Assembly (NCBI GenBank): GCA_964369795.1
Contig: CAYJGX010000006.1
Span: 1,499-53,884, forward strand
Direction of reading: 5' to 3'
DNA: 52,386 nt
Source: an uncultured Spirochaetaceae bacterium
GTDB lineage: Bacteria > Spirochaetota > Spirochaetia > JAFGXN01
Positions 17,994-27,256 of the stretch are shown one piece after another (the stretch's first letter is position 1; each line of letters starts with the position of its first letter). The notes beneath the pieces are model-generated. The model was not told the DNA's origin and made no database searches. It saw nothing but the letters and a program-made list of their open reading frames with translations. A program made the position numbers and the translations under genes.

Positions 17994-18678
17994 ATGGGTA
18001 ATAGGGGGCAATCTCGGCTGTTTGTAGTCGGATTTTAACTTTTGCAACCCATTCCCCGCTTACGATTCCTAATAGCGGGGCTTCTACTAAGATAAAAGAT
18101 CCTTCAATCATTCTTGGCTTTCCAATTAAATCTTTTTTATAGAGCCCAATAATAGCATCCTTAATAGCAAGATCAATTGCCACTTGTTGAATATCTTTTC
18201 CCTCTCTCATGGAAATAGTTGCTTTGCCATGGGAGTCCCATGCCTTTGCTTTCCTCCAAAATTCTCGCTTGCTTTTTTCGTATGGATTAGGAGAATAATG
18301 AATAACCGACAGGGTCAACTCAGGATTTTTAGTTTGTGTTTGGATTTTAATCTGTTGGGGGTCGATTCTACCTTTGTGGGTGTATGAAAATTCTTGCTCC
18401 ACCTGATTCAAATAGCTATTAGGCACAAAAACAAAATCGCAGCCAAAGATCATTGAAGAGAGAGAATCGGAGGCAAGTTTTATTAGATTTTCTTTATTTT
18501 CCTCGTCTGAGTAGGGCGGCGAAAAGAGAAATTCATCGATATGGTAATTGGGAATTTGAAATTCACAGATGTAAGTCGATGGATTGAACTCGCTTAGATA
18601 ACTATATGAAAATAGGTAATTAGGTAAAAGCAAAAAAATGAGGAGTATAATCATAATCCATGTAGGCTTAGACTTCAT
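17992..18678 (-). CDS. Hypothetical secreted protein, co-oriented 14 nt downstream of the rhomboid gene
   Basis: This is a 228-aa ORF with an N-terminal hydrophobic signal (WIMIILLIFLLLPNYLFS). I recognise no family. Confidence 0.6.
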   Translation of the reverse strand: MKSKPTWIMIILLIFLLLPNYLFSYSYLSEFNPSTYICEFQIPNYHIDEFLFSPPYSDEENKENLIKLASDSLSSMIFGCDFVFVPNSYLNQVEQEFSYTHKGRIDPQQIKIQTQTKNPELTLSVIHYSPNPYEKSKREFWRKAKAWDSHGKATISMREGKDIQQVAIDLAIKDAIIGLYKKDLIGKPRMIEGSFILVEAPLLGIVSGEWVAKVKIRLQTAEIAPYYP

Positions 18679-18691
18679 GTTATATTATCGA

Positions 18692-19444
18692 CTATCTGCG
18701 GTTTGGTATTAAAATTTTAATAACATTGATATTTTTTCTTATTTTAAGATAAGCTGCTCCGGCTAAAAGCCCTCCTAAGTGGGTCAAGTTAGAAACATTA
18801 TTGAGCCCGCCTTGCGAACTTGTTATTAGGTTAAAGATTTCTATTCCACCAAAGAGCAAGATGGCATTACGCGCTTTCATCGGAACAATTCCAAATAGCA
18901 TAATTTGCGATTCGGAATAATAGACTCCAAAAGCCAAAAGCACGGCAAAGACGGCACCCGAGGCCCCAATGAGGGGAATTCCTGAATAAACTAATGCCGT
19001 TTCGTTTCCTGTTCCTGCATAAAAAGCAAATGCTATTGCCTGCAATGCAAAATGCAATAACCCTGCAAGAAAACCCGTTGTTAAATAGTAAGTTAGGAAC
19101 TCCATGCTCCCAATTCGCTTTTCTAAAGTCCGTCCAATCATCCATAAGGAAAGCATATTAAAGAGGATATGCATGAGCCCACTTGGATCGTGGGCAAACA
19201 TGTAGGTAAACAATTGCCATGGGGCGGGAATTCCATTTTGTAGAAATGGACTTTCTCCTATAACTCCTGCAAAAGAAAGGCCAAATAGATGTGAAAAAAT
19301 ATCCCCATTGCTAAAGGAATTAACGATAATAGACAAAAAGTAAATTCCGACATTGATTCCAATTAAAATCTGAATGACATTCCAACTTTTATAGGGAAAG
19401 GGCTTTGTAATACTAAATTTCGTAACGGGTTTAAACTTGTTCAT
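18692..19444 (-). CDS. Rhomboid family intramembrane serine protease
   Basis: The product is a multi-TM protein. The catalytic Ser lies in GASGAVFAVLLAFG and the catalytic His in HLGGLLAGAAY. Confidence 0.85.
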   Translation of the reverse strand: MNKFKPVTKFSITKPFPYKSWNVIQILIGINVGIYFLSIIVNSFSNGDIFSHLFGLSFAGVIGESPFLQNGIPAPWQLFTYMFAHDPSGLMHILFNMLSLWMIGRTLEKRIGSMEFLTYYLTTGFLAGLLHFALQAIAFAFYAGTGNETALVYSGIPLIGASGAVFAVLLAFGVYYSESQIMLFGIVPMKARNAILLFGGIEIFNLITSSQGGLNNVSNLTHLGGLLAGAAYLKIRKNINVIKILIPNRR

Positions 19445-19495
19445 TTATTTAAAATACGAATAAAACAGGCGAAGGTCAAGCACTTTGTTATGAAC

Positions 19496-19525
19496 AAAAA
19501 AAACTCCCTGCCAAAAGGCAAGGAG
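19496..19525 (-). terminator. Rho-independent terminator downstream of the 19548 lipoprotein gene
   Basis: On the minus strand the sequence is ctccttgcc-tttt-ggcagggag followed by T8. Confidence 0.75.
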
Positions 19526-19547
19526 CGAAATTTAAATAAAGATTATA

Positions 19548-20141
19548 TTATTGTAATCCTTGAGTACCGAAATCACTTGCATCTAAATCGAAATCAAATT
19601 TGAAATCTGCATATTCTTCTCCGTTGACTTTGAACGAATTTACAACTTCGCCATCTTCGACAGCAAGGGAAATTTTAAAGAAAACAAGAACAGGTGCCTC
19701 GTCATCTGAAAAAACAGTAATAGGTAGAGGAGTATTAATCACTGTGCGGAAATTTAATTTAAAGTCTTTAAATGTTGCTTCTGACGTAAACTTGATTTTA
19801 CCATTTAGGGTGGATTTTACGCCGTCTTCTTCTGTGGTGACATTTACAAAAGAAATGGTTCCTGTCATGGTAGTTGAGTTGTCTGTGAGTTCTCCCTTTG
19901 ATTCAAAGGAAAGCGTTCCTTTTGCAGTCCCATCGCCAATTTTAGTGTCGATTTTTACTTCTGTATCAAAATCAAGAGCACCTTTAGGAGCCAGTGCGCT
20001 ACCTGCTGACATTGCTTCTCCTAGCACGTTAGCAACAATTTCCATTTGAGCTTCTGCGTCTGCTTGGCTTTCGAATGGAGTTCCACAGCTTGCTAAAGCA
20101 CACATTGCCAAAGCAACCATTAAAATTCTTAATACTTTCAT
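19548..20141 (-). CDS. Lipoprotein, paralogue A of a tandem pair
   Basis: ATG 20141 follows AAGGAGAAG. The lipobox is MKVLRILMVALAMCALASC. It shares NGKI..F and VNGEEY segments with the neighbouring gene. Confidence 0.75.
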   Translation of the reverse strand: MKVLRILMVALAMCALASCGTPFESQADAEAQMEIVANVLGEAMSAGSALAPKGALDFDTEVKIDTKIGDGTAKGTLSFESKGELTDNSTTMTGTISFVNVTTEEDGVKSTLNGKIKFTSEATFKDFKLNFRTVINTPLPITVFSDDEAPVLVFFKISLAVEDGEVVNSFKVNGEEYADFKFDFDLDASDFGTQGLQ

Positions 20142-20241
20142 AATCTTCTCCTTAATTAAAGTATAAATAATTTTAAACAACTTGTTATGTTTTGTCAATA
20201 GTGTATATCTTTAAAACATCAAAATTAAACAGTTTGCAATT

Positions 20242-20967
20242 TTAATCTAATTGTTTGTTATTTACAAATGTAATTAAATCGATAGAGGATTGGTAGTTGT
20301 ACTCCTCGCCATTTATCTCTGTAAAGAGAAGAGGATTTTTACCTTTTTCCCAAACGACTTTACAAGTAAAAACAAGTTGAACTTCCGCATCTTCGCCGTT
20401 ATCGTCATTAAAAACAAAGGTAATGGGTCCGTTGTTCTTAAAAATAAAAGAACCTTCGACTATAGGGTTAACTTCTATATCGCCTAAGTCAATTCCACCG
20501 AAGTCGAGGGATAAATAGTCTTTGGTCGTTGTTTGTTCAAAAGAAGCTGTAATTTTGCCGTTTATGGTATAAGTGGTTTCATTTTCGGAAGAAAGAAGTT
20601 GTTCGATAAATTTAACATCTTCAAAGGCAATATTCGCCTTTCCTTTAGAATATTCTTCAAACCAAATGCTCTCTGATGGGGTGGTTTCATTTATTACTTT
20701 TTCTTCGGCAAAGACAAAAGAAATATTTCCAGTTGCCGTTCCCCCGTCTTCGTAAGTGGTATTTACATCGCGGGTTATATTGGAGGTTGCCAGCCCTTTA
20801 GAGGCTTCTTCGTTCCACGTAGCACTATACATGGCTTTTTTTACCATATCTTCTACAAACCCCATGTAGTATTCTACTTGTTCTTGTTTGTTGCCGGTGA
20901 ATTCTGTACCGCACCCGATTAGTGCTAGTAATGCACATCCGAAAATTGCTAGATTCAATAGTTTCAT
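20242..20967 (-). CDS. Lipoprotein, paralogue B of a tandem pair
   Basis: The lipobox is MKLLNLAIFGCALLALIGC. It shares INGKIT and INGEEY segments with 19548..20141. Confidence 0.75.
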   Translation of the reverse strand: MKLLNLAIFGCALLALIGCGTEFTGNKQEQVEYYMGFVEDMVKKAMYSATWNEEASKGLATSNITRDVNTTYEDGGTATGNISFVFAEEKVINETTPSESIWFEEYSKGKANIAFEDVKFIEQLLSSENETTYTINGKITASFEQTTTKDYLSLDFGGIDLGDIEVNPIVEGSFIFKNNGPITFVFNDDNGEDAEVQLVFTCKVVWEKGKNPLLFTEINGEEYNYQSSIDLITFVNNKQLD

Positions 20968-21081
20968 AAAAAACTCCTTTTCTTTTCTTACTAAAAAGTC
21001 TAAGACTAGAGAGATTTTTTGTCAAGGTCGAAATATGGGCAGTAAACGATTTTGCAAAAAAAAGTATACTTTTTAGGAAAA

Positions 21082-22149
21082 TTAGAAGCTTTCAAACATC
21101 CAAGAAATTAAATTTAATGCGTCAGATGCGGGAAAATTGGTTTTTAGTTGGTTTAAGGAGGTTGAAATGAGCGACTGGGCATAGGATTGCGCCTCAGAAA
21201 GAGCTCCAGATTCCGAGACTAGACGGATGGCTGCTTCTACGGCATCGTTCGCTTTATCGATTCCGTGGGAGTGTGCTTCGTTCATTAGGTTGATGAGTTG
21301 GGTCGTCTCGTTTTTTTGGGCGAAAAGGATGATGGGGAGGCTGCGTTTTCGTTCGACGATGTCGTCGCCGCGTTTTTTGCCAATGTTACCAGTGGTTAGG
21401 TTGATGATGTCGTCGCGTATTTGGAAGGCGAGCCCGAGGGTTTCGGCAATGGATGCGAGGAGTTGTGCTTTTTCGGGCGAGCCTCCCCCGAGTGTGTAGC
21501 CCATTTCTGCTGCCATTCGGGAGAGTGCCCCGGTTTTTAGGCGGCACATGGTTTCGTATTCGGGTTGGGTTGGGAAAAAATCGGGATGGTTGTGCCATTG
21601 GATGTCCATTCCCTGCCCAAAGTGGAGACGGCGCATACATCGGCAATAGATTTCGTAGATTTTCGCCCGTTGGTTTGCATCTAGGGAGGCTGTTTCGATT
21701 AGGGTCGTAGGAAGGAAATAGATGAGGTTTCCCGCATTTATGGAGGCATCTTCGCCGTAAATCATATGGACGGCAGGCTCTCCTCTTCTAAAATCGCTGT
21801 GATCCTCGATGTCGTCAACAATGAGGCTGCCATTGTGGGGAAGTTCTACAAGTGGCGAGAGGGCAAGGGCGGTGGCGGTACAAAGATCGTGTTTGTTTTC
21901 GCAATGCGCCGCTAGTTCTGCAGAGAGGAGCATGAGCATTGGGCGCCACCTCTTCCCACCTCTCGAGATTAGCTGCCACGCAGGTTTGTTAAATTCGGTT
22001 GCAAGGGTTGGGTCTAAATGGATAAGGTCACTGCCAGCGTTTGCTTTGATCCACGTTTGCGTGGCTACATCTGGGATAATTTTATTTATTTCGTTCTCGA
22101 TTGAGTTTAGTCGTTCTTTGTATTCTTTTTCAAGTTGATTTAATTCCAT
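21082..22149 (-). CDS. Polyprenyl diphosphate synthase family protein
   Basis: The first Asp-rich motif is LIVDDIEDHSDFRRG and the second is FQIRDDIINL. Confidence 0.85.
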   Translation of the reverse strand: MELNQLEKEYKERLNSIENEINKIIPDVATQTWIKANAGSDLIHLDPTLATEFNKPAWQLISRGGKRWRPMLMLLSAELAAHCENKHDLCTATALALSPLVELPHNGSLIVDDIEDHSDFRRGEPAVHMIYGEDASINAGNLIYFLPTTLIETASLDANQRAKIYEIYCRCMRRLHFGQGMDIQWHNHPDFFPTQPEYETMCRLKTGALSRMAAEMGYTLGGGSPEKAQLLASIAETLGLAFQIRDDIINLTTGNIGKKRGDDIVERKRSLPIILFAQKNETTQLINLMNEAHSHGIDKANDAVEAAIRLVSESGALSEAQSYAQSLISTSLNQLKTNFPASDALNLISWMFESF

Positions 22150-22210
22150 AATTAATGTTACTTACAACTTCATATATTGTCAATATGGAAAAAAGGGAGT
22201 AAAATTAACT

Positions 22211-22948
22211 ATGCAAAAGAAAAAAGTGGGAGTCATAGGATTAGGTCGATTTGGATCCTATTGGGCTCAATTTTTAAAAGACGAATTTGATGTTAAGGTC
22301 TGGTCTCGGACAAGAAGTCGTGAAGTTCCTACGGGCTGTGAGTGGGTCGAGTGGGATGATTTATTTGATTGTGATGCAATCTTTTTGTGTTGTGCAATCT
22401 CCGCAGTCGAAAAAGTGGCAATCCAACTAGCGCAAAAGATTACGCCTAAAACGGTGGTATTAGATACTTGTAGCGTTAAGGTTTATCCCCTAGAGCAACT
22501 TTGTCGTATTTTACCCCCAGAAATTCAGGTCATTGGCACTCATCCGATGTTTGGGCCCGACTCTGGAAAAAATGGAACGGATGGACTCCCGATTGTTGTT
22601 TCTCCTACTCGGCAAGATCAAGAGCATTTACAATTCTGGCAAGAGGCATTTAAGCGGTTGGGTTTAAAAGTCAGTACGCTTACTCCTCAAGAACACGATA
22701 AAGAGGCCGCTTGGACTCAGGGGTTAGCGCATTTTGTTGGACGGCTTCTAGATCGAATGGAATTAAAGGATTCTGCGATAGCGACTAAGAACTATAAAAT
22801 ATTACTGAATATCCGTGAGGAAGTTGCAAAAGATGAAGAGCAGCTATTTCGAGATTTACAGCGACTAAATCCTTATGGCAGTGATATGAGAAAGTGTTTT
22901 GTAGACGAAGCAGAAAAGCTTTTTCTGGATATAGAAAAACAAGAATAG
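22211..22948 (+). CDS. Prephenate/arogenate dehydrogenase family protein
   Basis: The Rossmann motif is VGVIGLGRFGSYWA, and the GTHPMFGP motif is typical of TyrA. Confidence 0.7.
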   Translation: MQKKKVGVIGLGRFGSYWAQFLKDEFDVKVWSRTRSREVPTGCEWVEWDDLFDCDAIFLCCAISAVEKVAIQLAQKITPKTVVLDTCSVKVYPLEQLCRILPPEIQVIGTHPMFGPDSGKNGTDGLPIVVSPTRQDQEHLQFWQEAFKRLGLKVSTLTPQEHDKEAAWTQGLAHFVGRLLDRMELKDSAIATKNYKILLNIREEVAKDEEQLFRDLQRLNPYGSDMRKCFVDEAEKLFLDIEKQE

Positions 22949-22956
22949 GGATCAAT

Positions 22957-23571
22957 ATGGCAAAAAAGAGTGGTAATAGCAGAGCAAGTGCCGATTTCTG
23001 GACAGAAAAGGCAAAGAAAGAAGGCTACCCTGCACGCAGTGTTTATAAATTAGAAGAAATGGACAAAAAATTTGCTCTTATTAAAAAGGGAATGCGCCTT
23101 TTAGATGTGGGGTGCGCTCCAGGGAGCTGGAGTTTATATGCCTTGCGGAAGATCGGGGCATCGGGGTTTGTTTGCGGTGTCGATTTAAAGGAAGTTTCAT
23201 TAAAAGGGCATGCAAATGCTGCCTTTTTTAAAGGAGATGCCTTTGCCGATGAAAATTTAAAGGCGATCAATGAAAATGGACCTTATAGCGGACTTATTTG
23301 CGATGCAGCTCCATCAACAACGGGAAACCGTCTTGTGGATGCAGGGAATTCATTTGAATTAGTTTGGCAGGTTATTGAGTTATCGCCTAAAGTGGTTAAA
23401 ACAGGAGGCTTTCTTATCGTGAAAATTTTCCAAGGGGGCGACCAGAAAGAGCTTTCCGACAAAATAAAAACATTATATGCCGACTGTAAGGCATTAAAGC
23501 CTCAGGCATGCCGTAAAGATTCCTTCGAATCCTTTCTTATTGGCATTGGCTTGCTAGAAGGGGTCTCTTAA
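22957..23571 (+). CDS. rlmE: 23S rRNA (uridine-2'-O)-methyltransferase RlmE/FtsJ family
   Basis: The product has GYPARSVYKLEEMDKKF and the SAM motif LDVGCAPGSWS. ATG 22957 removes the overlap with the upstream gene. Confidence 0.85.
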   Translation: MAKKSGNSRASADFWTEKAKKEGYPARSVYKLEEMDKKFALIKKGMRLLDVGCAPGSWSLYALRKIGASGFVCGVDLKEVSLKGHANAAFFKGDAFADENLKAINENGPYSGLICDAAPSTTGNRLVDAGNSFELVWQVIELSPKVVKTGGFLIVKIFQGGDQKELSDKIKTLYADCKALKPQACRKDSFESFLIGIGLLEGVS

Positions 23572-23584
23572 TTTAGGAGGGAAT

Positions 23585-24244
23585 ATGCAAAAGAGAAATA
23601 TTATATTATTGATTGCTTCAACACTCTTTTTTTCTTGTGCTACTGTTAGTGGTGCACAAGAGGCATCATCAACATTGAGTACAAAAGAAGAAGCATTGAC
23701 GCAAAAAATTGTAGAGGCGGCAAAAAGCTTTGTTGGGAAAGACTCCCTTCTCGTAAATGGCCGAAAATTTCGTTCGGATTGCACAGGGGTGGTTTCTGCT
23801 GCCTATTTTGCTGCCGATATTGACTTATGGCCGATTATGGAACCTTACAAGGGAAATGGTGTCACGCGGCTCTATTTGGCCTTAAATGATAAAAATTTAA
23901 TGGCAAAGTCGCCTTTCCCGACTCCGGGGGATCTTATTTTCTGGGACAATACCTACGATAAAAATGGAAATGGGAAAAGAGATGATTATTTAACGCATGT
24001 AGGTTTAGTGATTTCTGCCGATAATAATGGTAACATCGAATATTTCCATGACCTTGTTAATAAGGGCTTTGTGATTGAAAAGATGAACCTTATCAATGGG
24101 GTCAATTTTGAAATAGTCGATGGAAAACGGGTGATTGTGAATAACTATATCCGTGCGCCAAGAAATGGGGATCGGGAGAATTGTCTTGCTGCAGATTTGT
24201 GCAGAGGGTTTGGGAGCGCATGGAAGTTTGACTCATTTCGATAG
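23585..24244 (+). CDS. NlpC/P60 (C40) family cell-wall peptidase, paralogue 1
   Basis: A signal peptide is present. The Cys box is RSDCTGVVSAAY and the His box is LTHVGLV. A DKNGNGKRDD insertion lies between them. Confidence 0.75.
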   Translation: MQKRNIILLIASTLFFSCATVSGAQEASSTLSTKEEALTQKIVEAAKSFVGKDSLLVNGRKFRSDCTGVVSAAYFAADIDLWPIMEPYKGNGVTRLYLALNDKNLMAKSPFPTPGDLIFWDNTYDKNGNGKRDDYLTHVGLVISADNNGNIEYFHDLVNKGFVIEKMNLINGVNFEIVDGKRVIVNNYIRAPRNGDRENCLAADLCRGFGSAWKFDSFR

Positions 24245-24253
24245 AGAGGGTTT

Positions 24254-25102
24254 ATGATAAAAAGAATTTTGTTGCTTCTTACTTTTATAGGGATTAATTT
24301 TTCAATTTTGCATGGTTACGATAGCGGTTTAGATGAACGCCATCGGACATGGGATAAAAAAGGGGAAGAGCTAGAAGAAGAAGTCCATCGCCGAATGAAA
24401 GAGCTTTTTGGTGATGAAGTTGACTTCCCCTCCGAACCATCTGCAAAACCGGCGGCTAAGCCGACGGTGAAACCGACGCCTGTGGCGCCTGCACCATCAA
24501 CAAAACCATCAACAAAACCATCAACAAAACCGACGGTCGCGCCAACAACGATCACCACCGCTCAAAGTAAAATTATCGCGACAGCACAAAGTTTAATGGG
24601 GAAAAACTATGTTTGGGTCGGGGGACGCAAATTCCTTTACGATTGCTCTGGGCTGGTGATGGGCTGCTACTATGGCGCGGGAATCGATTTGCTAGCAAAA
24701 ACGCGAGATTACACGGGAAGCGGGGTTCATCGACTCTATAAGCTTGTGCAAAATAATAAATTATTAAAGAAAACGGCTTTTCCTTCTCCGGGGGATTTAG
24801 TTTTTTGGGATAATACATGGGATGCAAATGGAAATGGCTTATGGGATGACCCTCTGACTCATATTGGGGTTGTTTTGTCAGTCGATAAAAATGGAAATAT
24901 TCGATATATACATTATTTCGAGGGGAAAGGATTTCGGATTGAACGGATGAACTTGCTACATCCAAATGTTGCTTCTGTGACCCGAGACGGCAAGAGATAT
25001 ATTATTAATGATTATTTGCGTCCGACTGCAGGAAATTCGAAGGTGAAGTGTCTAACGAGTAACTTATGTCGGGGCTTTGCCTCTGCCTGGACATTAAAGT
25101 AG
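24254..25102 (+). CDS. NlpC/P60 (C40) family cell-wall peptidase, paralogue 2, with a Pro/Thr/Lys-rich linker
   Basis: A signal peptide is present. The linker is KPAAKPTVKPTPVAPAPSTKPSTKPSTKPTVAPT. The catalytic boxes are YDCSGLV and LTHIGVV, with a DANGNGLWDD insertion. Confidence 0.75.
   Translation: MIKRILLLLTFIGINFSILHGYDSGLDERHRTWDKKGEELEEEVHRRMKELFGDEVDFPSEPSAKPAAKPTVKPTPVAPAPSTKPSTKPSTKPTVAPTTITTAQSKIIATAQSLMGKNYVWVGGRKFLYDCSGLVMGCYYGAGIDLLAKTRDYTGSGVHRLYKLVQNNKLLKKTAFPSPGDLVFWDNTWDANGNGLWDDPLTHIGVVLSVDKNGNIRYIHYFEGKGFRIERMNLLHPNVASVTRDGKRYIINDYLRPTAGNSKVKCLTSNLCRGFASAWTLK
24494..24529 (+). repeat. Perfect 3 x 12-nt tandem repeat (ccatcaacaaaa) encoding (PSTK)3 in the NlpC/P60 linker
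   Basis: The three identical units are at 24494-24505, 24506-24517 and 24518-24529, and they are in frame. Confidence 0.9.
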
Positions 25103-25107
25103 TTTTC

Positions 25108-25734
25108 TTAATTATTACCTAAAAGTTTGGAAATCTCTTGCAATTGCATCTTTTGAGCGATTGATAGGGCACTGTGGCCTTTGTCATCGAGCAAAGTTGG
25201 GTCTGCATTATAATTGAGTAAAAGTTTAACGGTCTCTTCGTGGTTAAAGTAGACGGCAAAGGCAAGGGGAGAGGTCCCGTTTTTGTCTTGAATGTTTGGG
25301 TCAAGACCATATCCAAGGGCTTCCTCTAGGAGGTCGAGTTTCTGTTGGAGGACAAGGCGCGAGAGGTAGCCGATGTATGGAGAGGATTGACGGAGAAAGG
25401 CATCGAGTAGGCGAAAGTAAATTGCCTTGTTTGTCGAGAGGGCATATTCGAGGGGAGTAAGGCCGCTTAACGCAGGCAATGCGGGATTTGCGCCTTTTTC
25501 GAGTAGGAGCTCGAGTATAGCGGCATTGTTTCTGATGACTGCCATGGTGAGGGGAGTAATTCCGATGTTGTTAAAGCCATCGATTTCGGCTCCTTGGGAT
25601 AGCAATCTTTCGATTTTACCAATTTCTCCTCGGGAGACAGCGGTGACGAGTTTATTCGTGAGCTCTTTGTTGGTTTCGGAGAAAAGGCTTATTGAGAGTA
25701 GGATGAAGAAAAAACTAAAAAAGATTTTTTTCAT
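25108..25734 (-). CDS. Secreted ankyrin-repeat protein
   Basis: The signal peptide is MKKIFFSFFFILLSISLFS. Several ANK repeats are present (G.TPL..A......LLLEKGANP and GTSPLAFAVYFNHEETVKLLLNYNADP). Confidence 0.8.
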   Translation of the reverse strand: MKKIFFSFFFILLSISLFSETNKELTNKLVTAVSRGEIGKIERLLSQGAEIDGFNNIGITPLTMAVIRNNAAILELLLEKGANPALPALSGLTPLEYALSTNKAIYFRLLDAFLRQSSPYIGYLSRLVLQQKLDLLEEALGYGLDPNIQDKNGTSPLAFAVYFNHEETVKLLLNYNADPTLLDDKGHSALSIAQKMQLQEISKLLGNN

Positions 25735-25735
25735 T

Positions 25736-26380
25736 TTATTTTTCCTGCTTTTTTCGATTGGTTTGGATTTCTAGGATAATCATGGAAATAATAAGAAGGG
25801 AGACTCCGACAACGATCGAGGCATCTGCGACATTCCAAGTGGGCCAGCGACCAGAGGGTGTAAGGTAGGGAATTTTAGGGAATGCCATGTCCATGAAATC
25901 GACAACTCCATTGGCTTTGTCGTTAGGGCCAGATGCGTAGCGGAAAATTCGGTCGATTAAATTTCCAATTCCACCCGCAATAATCATGGTTGATGCCCAA
26001 CGTTGAAATTTTGTCAATTCTTTACTGAAGAAGGTCCAGATTGAAAAAAGAGAAACAAAAGTGAGGGGGAGAACAATCAATAAGATGATTCGCCCAAATC
26101 CAACTAAGTTTTGAAGTCCACTCCATGCGACCCCTTGATTCCGAACATGCGTTAATTTGATCCAGTCGCCGACGACGCTAATGCTTTCGCTTTGGTAGAA
26201 TCCTTCGATAAGAGGCATGTAGGCGACAACGAGAGCCTTTGTGATTTGATCGAGTGCGACTAGGGCGACAAATAGGGTGATGGGCCATAACCGTGATTTA
26301 AGCTCGCCCTGGGGGATGTTTAAGAACTCTTTTGTAATTTGCTTGAATTCTTTTTTTTCTTTTTTTGTTGATGATGACAT
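25736..26380 (-). CDS. lspA: Lipoprotein signal peptidase II
   Basis: The LspA motifs GNLIDR, VVDF and WNVADASIVVG are present. A GGAG ribosome-binding site precedes the ATG. The product has a ~30-aa Lys-rich N-terminal extension. Confidence 0.85.
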   Translation of the reverse strand: MSSSTKKEKKEFKQITKEFLNIPQGELKSRLWPITLFVALVALDQITKALVVAYMPLIEGFYQSESISVVGDWIKLTHVRNQGVAWSGLQNLVGFGRIILLIVLPLTFVSLFSIWTFFSKELTKFQRWASTMIIAGGIGNLIDRIFRYASGPNDKANGVVDFMDMAFPKIPYLTPSGRWPTWNVADASIVVGVSLLIISMIILEIQTNRKKQEK

Positions 26381-26392
26381 GGAATCTCCTAA

Positions 26393-27154
26393 TTATAGTT
26401 GGGTTGGGTTTGATATAAAGATGGTTTTTAGGCCAAGTTCTTTTTCTACTTGCTTTGCTACCGCTTTGACGCCAAAGGTTTCGGTGAAATAATGGCCCGC
26501 TGCTACAAAATTGATTTTGCTCTCTAAGCATTCGTGGTAAATTTGATGGGAGACTTCTCCCGTTATGTAGAGGTCGATCCCGTCGGAGATTGCCTCGCGT
26601 ACATCGTCGGCGGCTCCGCCAGAGACGATAGCAATGGTTTTTATTTCGGCTTTTCCGAGGGGGAGGACGGAGAGGCAATCTTCGCGCTTGGTTCCAAGTT
26701 TAGTAATAATTGTGTTAAGGTCCGCTGGAGTTGCAAGGGAGCCCTTAAATCCGATTTGCTTGCCTTTATACCAGCCAAAGGGTTCGATTTCTTGGAGGTC
26801 AAGTGTTTTTGCTAGGCTGATGTTGTTGCCATAGAGTGGGTGGGCATCTAGGGGAAGATGGCATGCATAAAGTGAAATATTGTTTTCTATTAGCGTTTTA
26901 ACGCGGTTATAGTGGTTATTGGTGATAGCAATGGGACGCCCCCAGAAAAAGCCGTGGTGGACGAATAGGAGGTCTGCACCAGCGTTTTTTGCGCAATCGA
27001 TAGATTGCTGGCAAGCATCGACAGCAAATGCACAAGTTTTAATTTCTTGTTCCGCATCGCCTACTTGGATTGTATTGAGAGAACTATCTGAATTAGAGAA
27101 ATAATCGATATTGAGAAGTTGTTTAAAATAATGGTCTAATTCTTTTAATTTCAT
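26393..27154 (-). CDS. Nif3-like dinuclear metal centre protein (YbgI family)
   Basis: The motifs LLFVHHGFFWG and LYACHLPLDAHP are present, and the ~250-aa length is typical. Confidence 0.85.
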   Translation of the reverse strand: MKLKELDHYFKQLLNIDYFSNSDSSLNTIQVGDAEQEIKTCAFAVDACQQSIDCAKNAGADLLFVHHGFFWGRPIAITNNHYNRVKTLIENNISLYACHLPLDAHPLYGNNISLAKTLDLQEIEPFGWYKGKQIGFKGSLATPADLNTIITKLGTKREDCLSVLPLGKAEIKTIAIVSGGAADDVREAISDGIDLYITGEVSHQIYHECLESKINFVAAGHYFTETFGVKAVAKQVEKELGLKTIFISNPTQL

Positions 27155-27202
27155 TAATGTTTCCTAGTTTTATTATAATCGAATTTTTACTGTTTTGTCC
27201 AT

Positions 27203-27238
27203 AAAAAAAAAGGGTTGTCCGTGGTATTTGGACAACCC
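27203..27238 (-). terminator. Rho-independent terminator after the flgM-like gene
   Basis: The stem pairs gggttgtcc with ggacaaccc. On the minus strand it is followed by T9. Confidence 0.8.
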
Positions 27239-27256
27239 TCACTGAAGAATCGTGTA

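Noticed and set aside
21227-22138. Four overlapping 85-109-aa ORFs on both strands within the polyprenyl synthase gene
   Set aside because: The polyprenyl synthase frame has both Asp-rich motifs. The alternative ORFs are Arg/Ser/Pro-rich, lack starts with an RBS, and arise from the higher GC content of this gene.
26298-26678. 126-aa ORF overlapping the lspA start and the Nif3-like gene end
   Set aside because: Its translation is highly basic and low-complexity. It overlaps two motif-supported CDSs in another frame.
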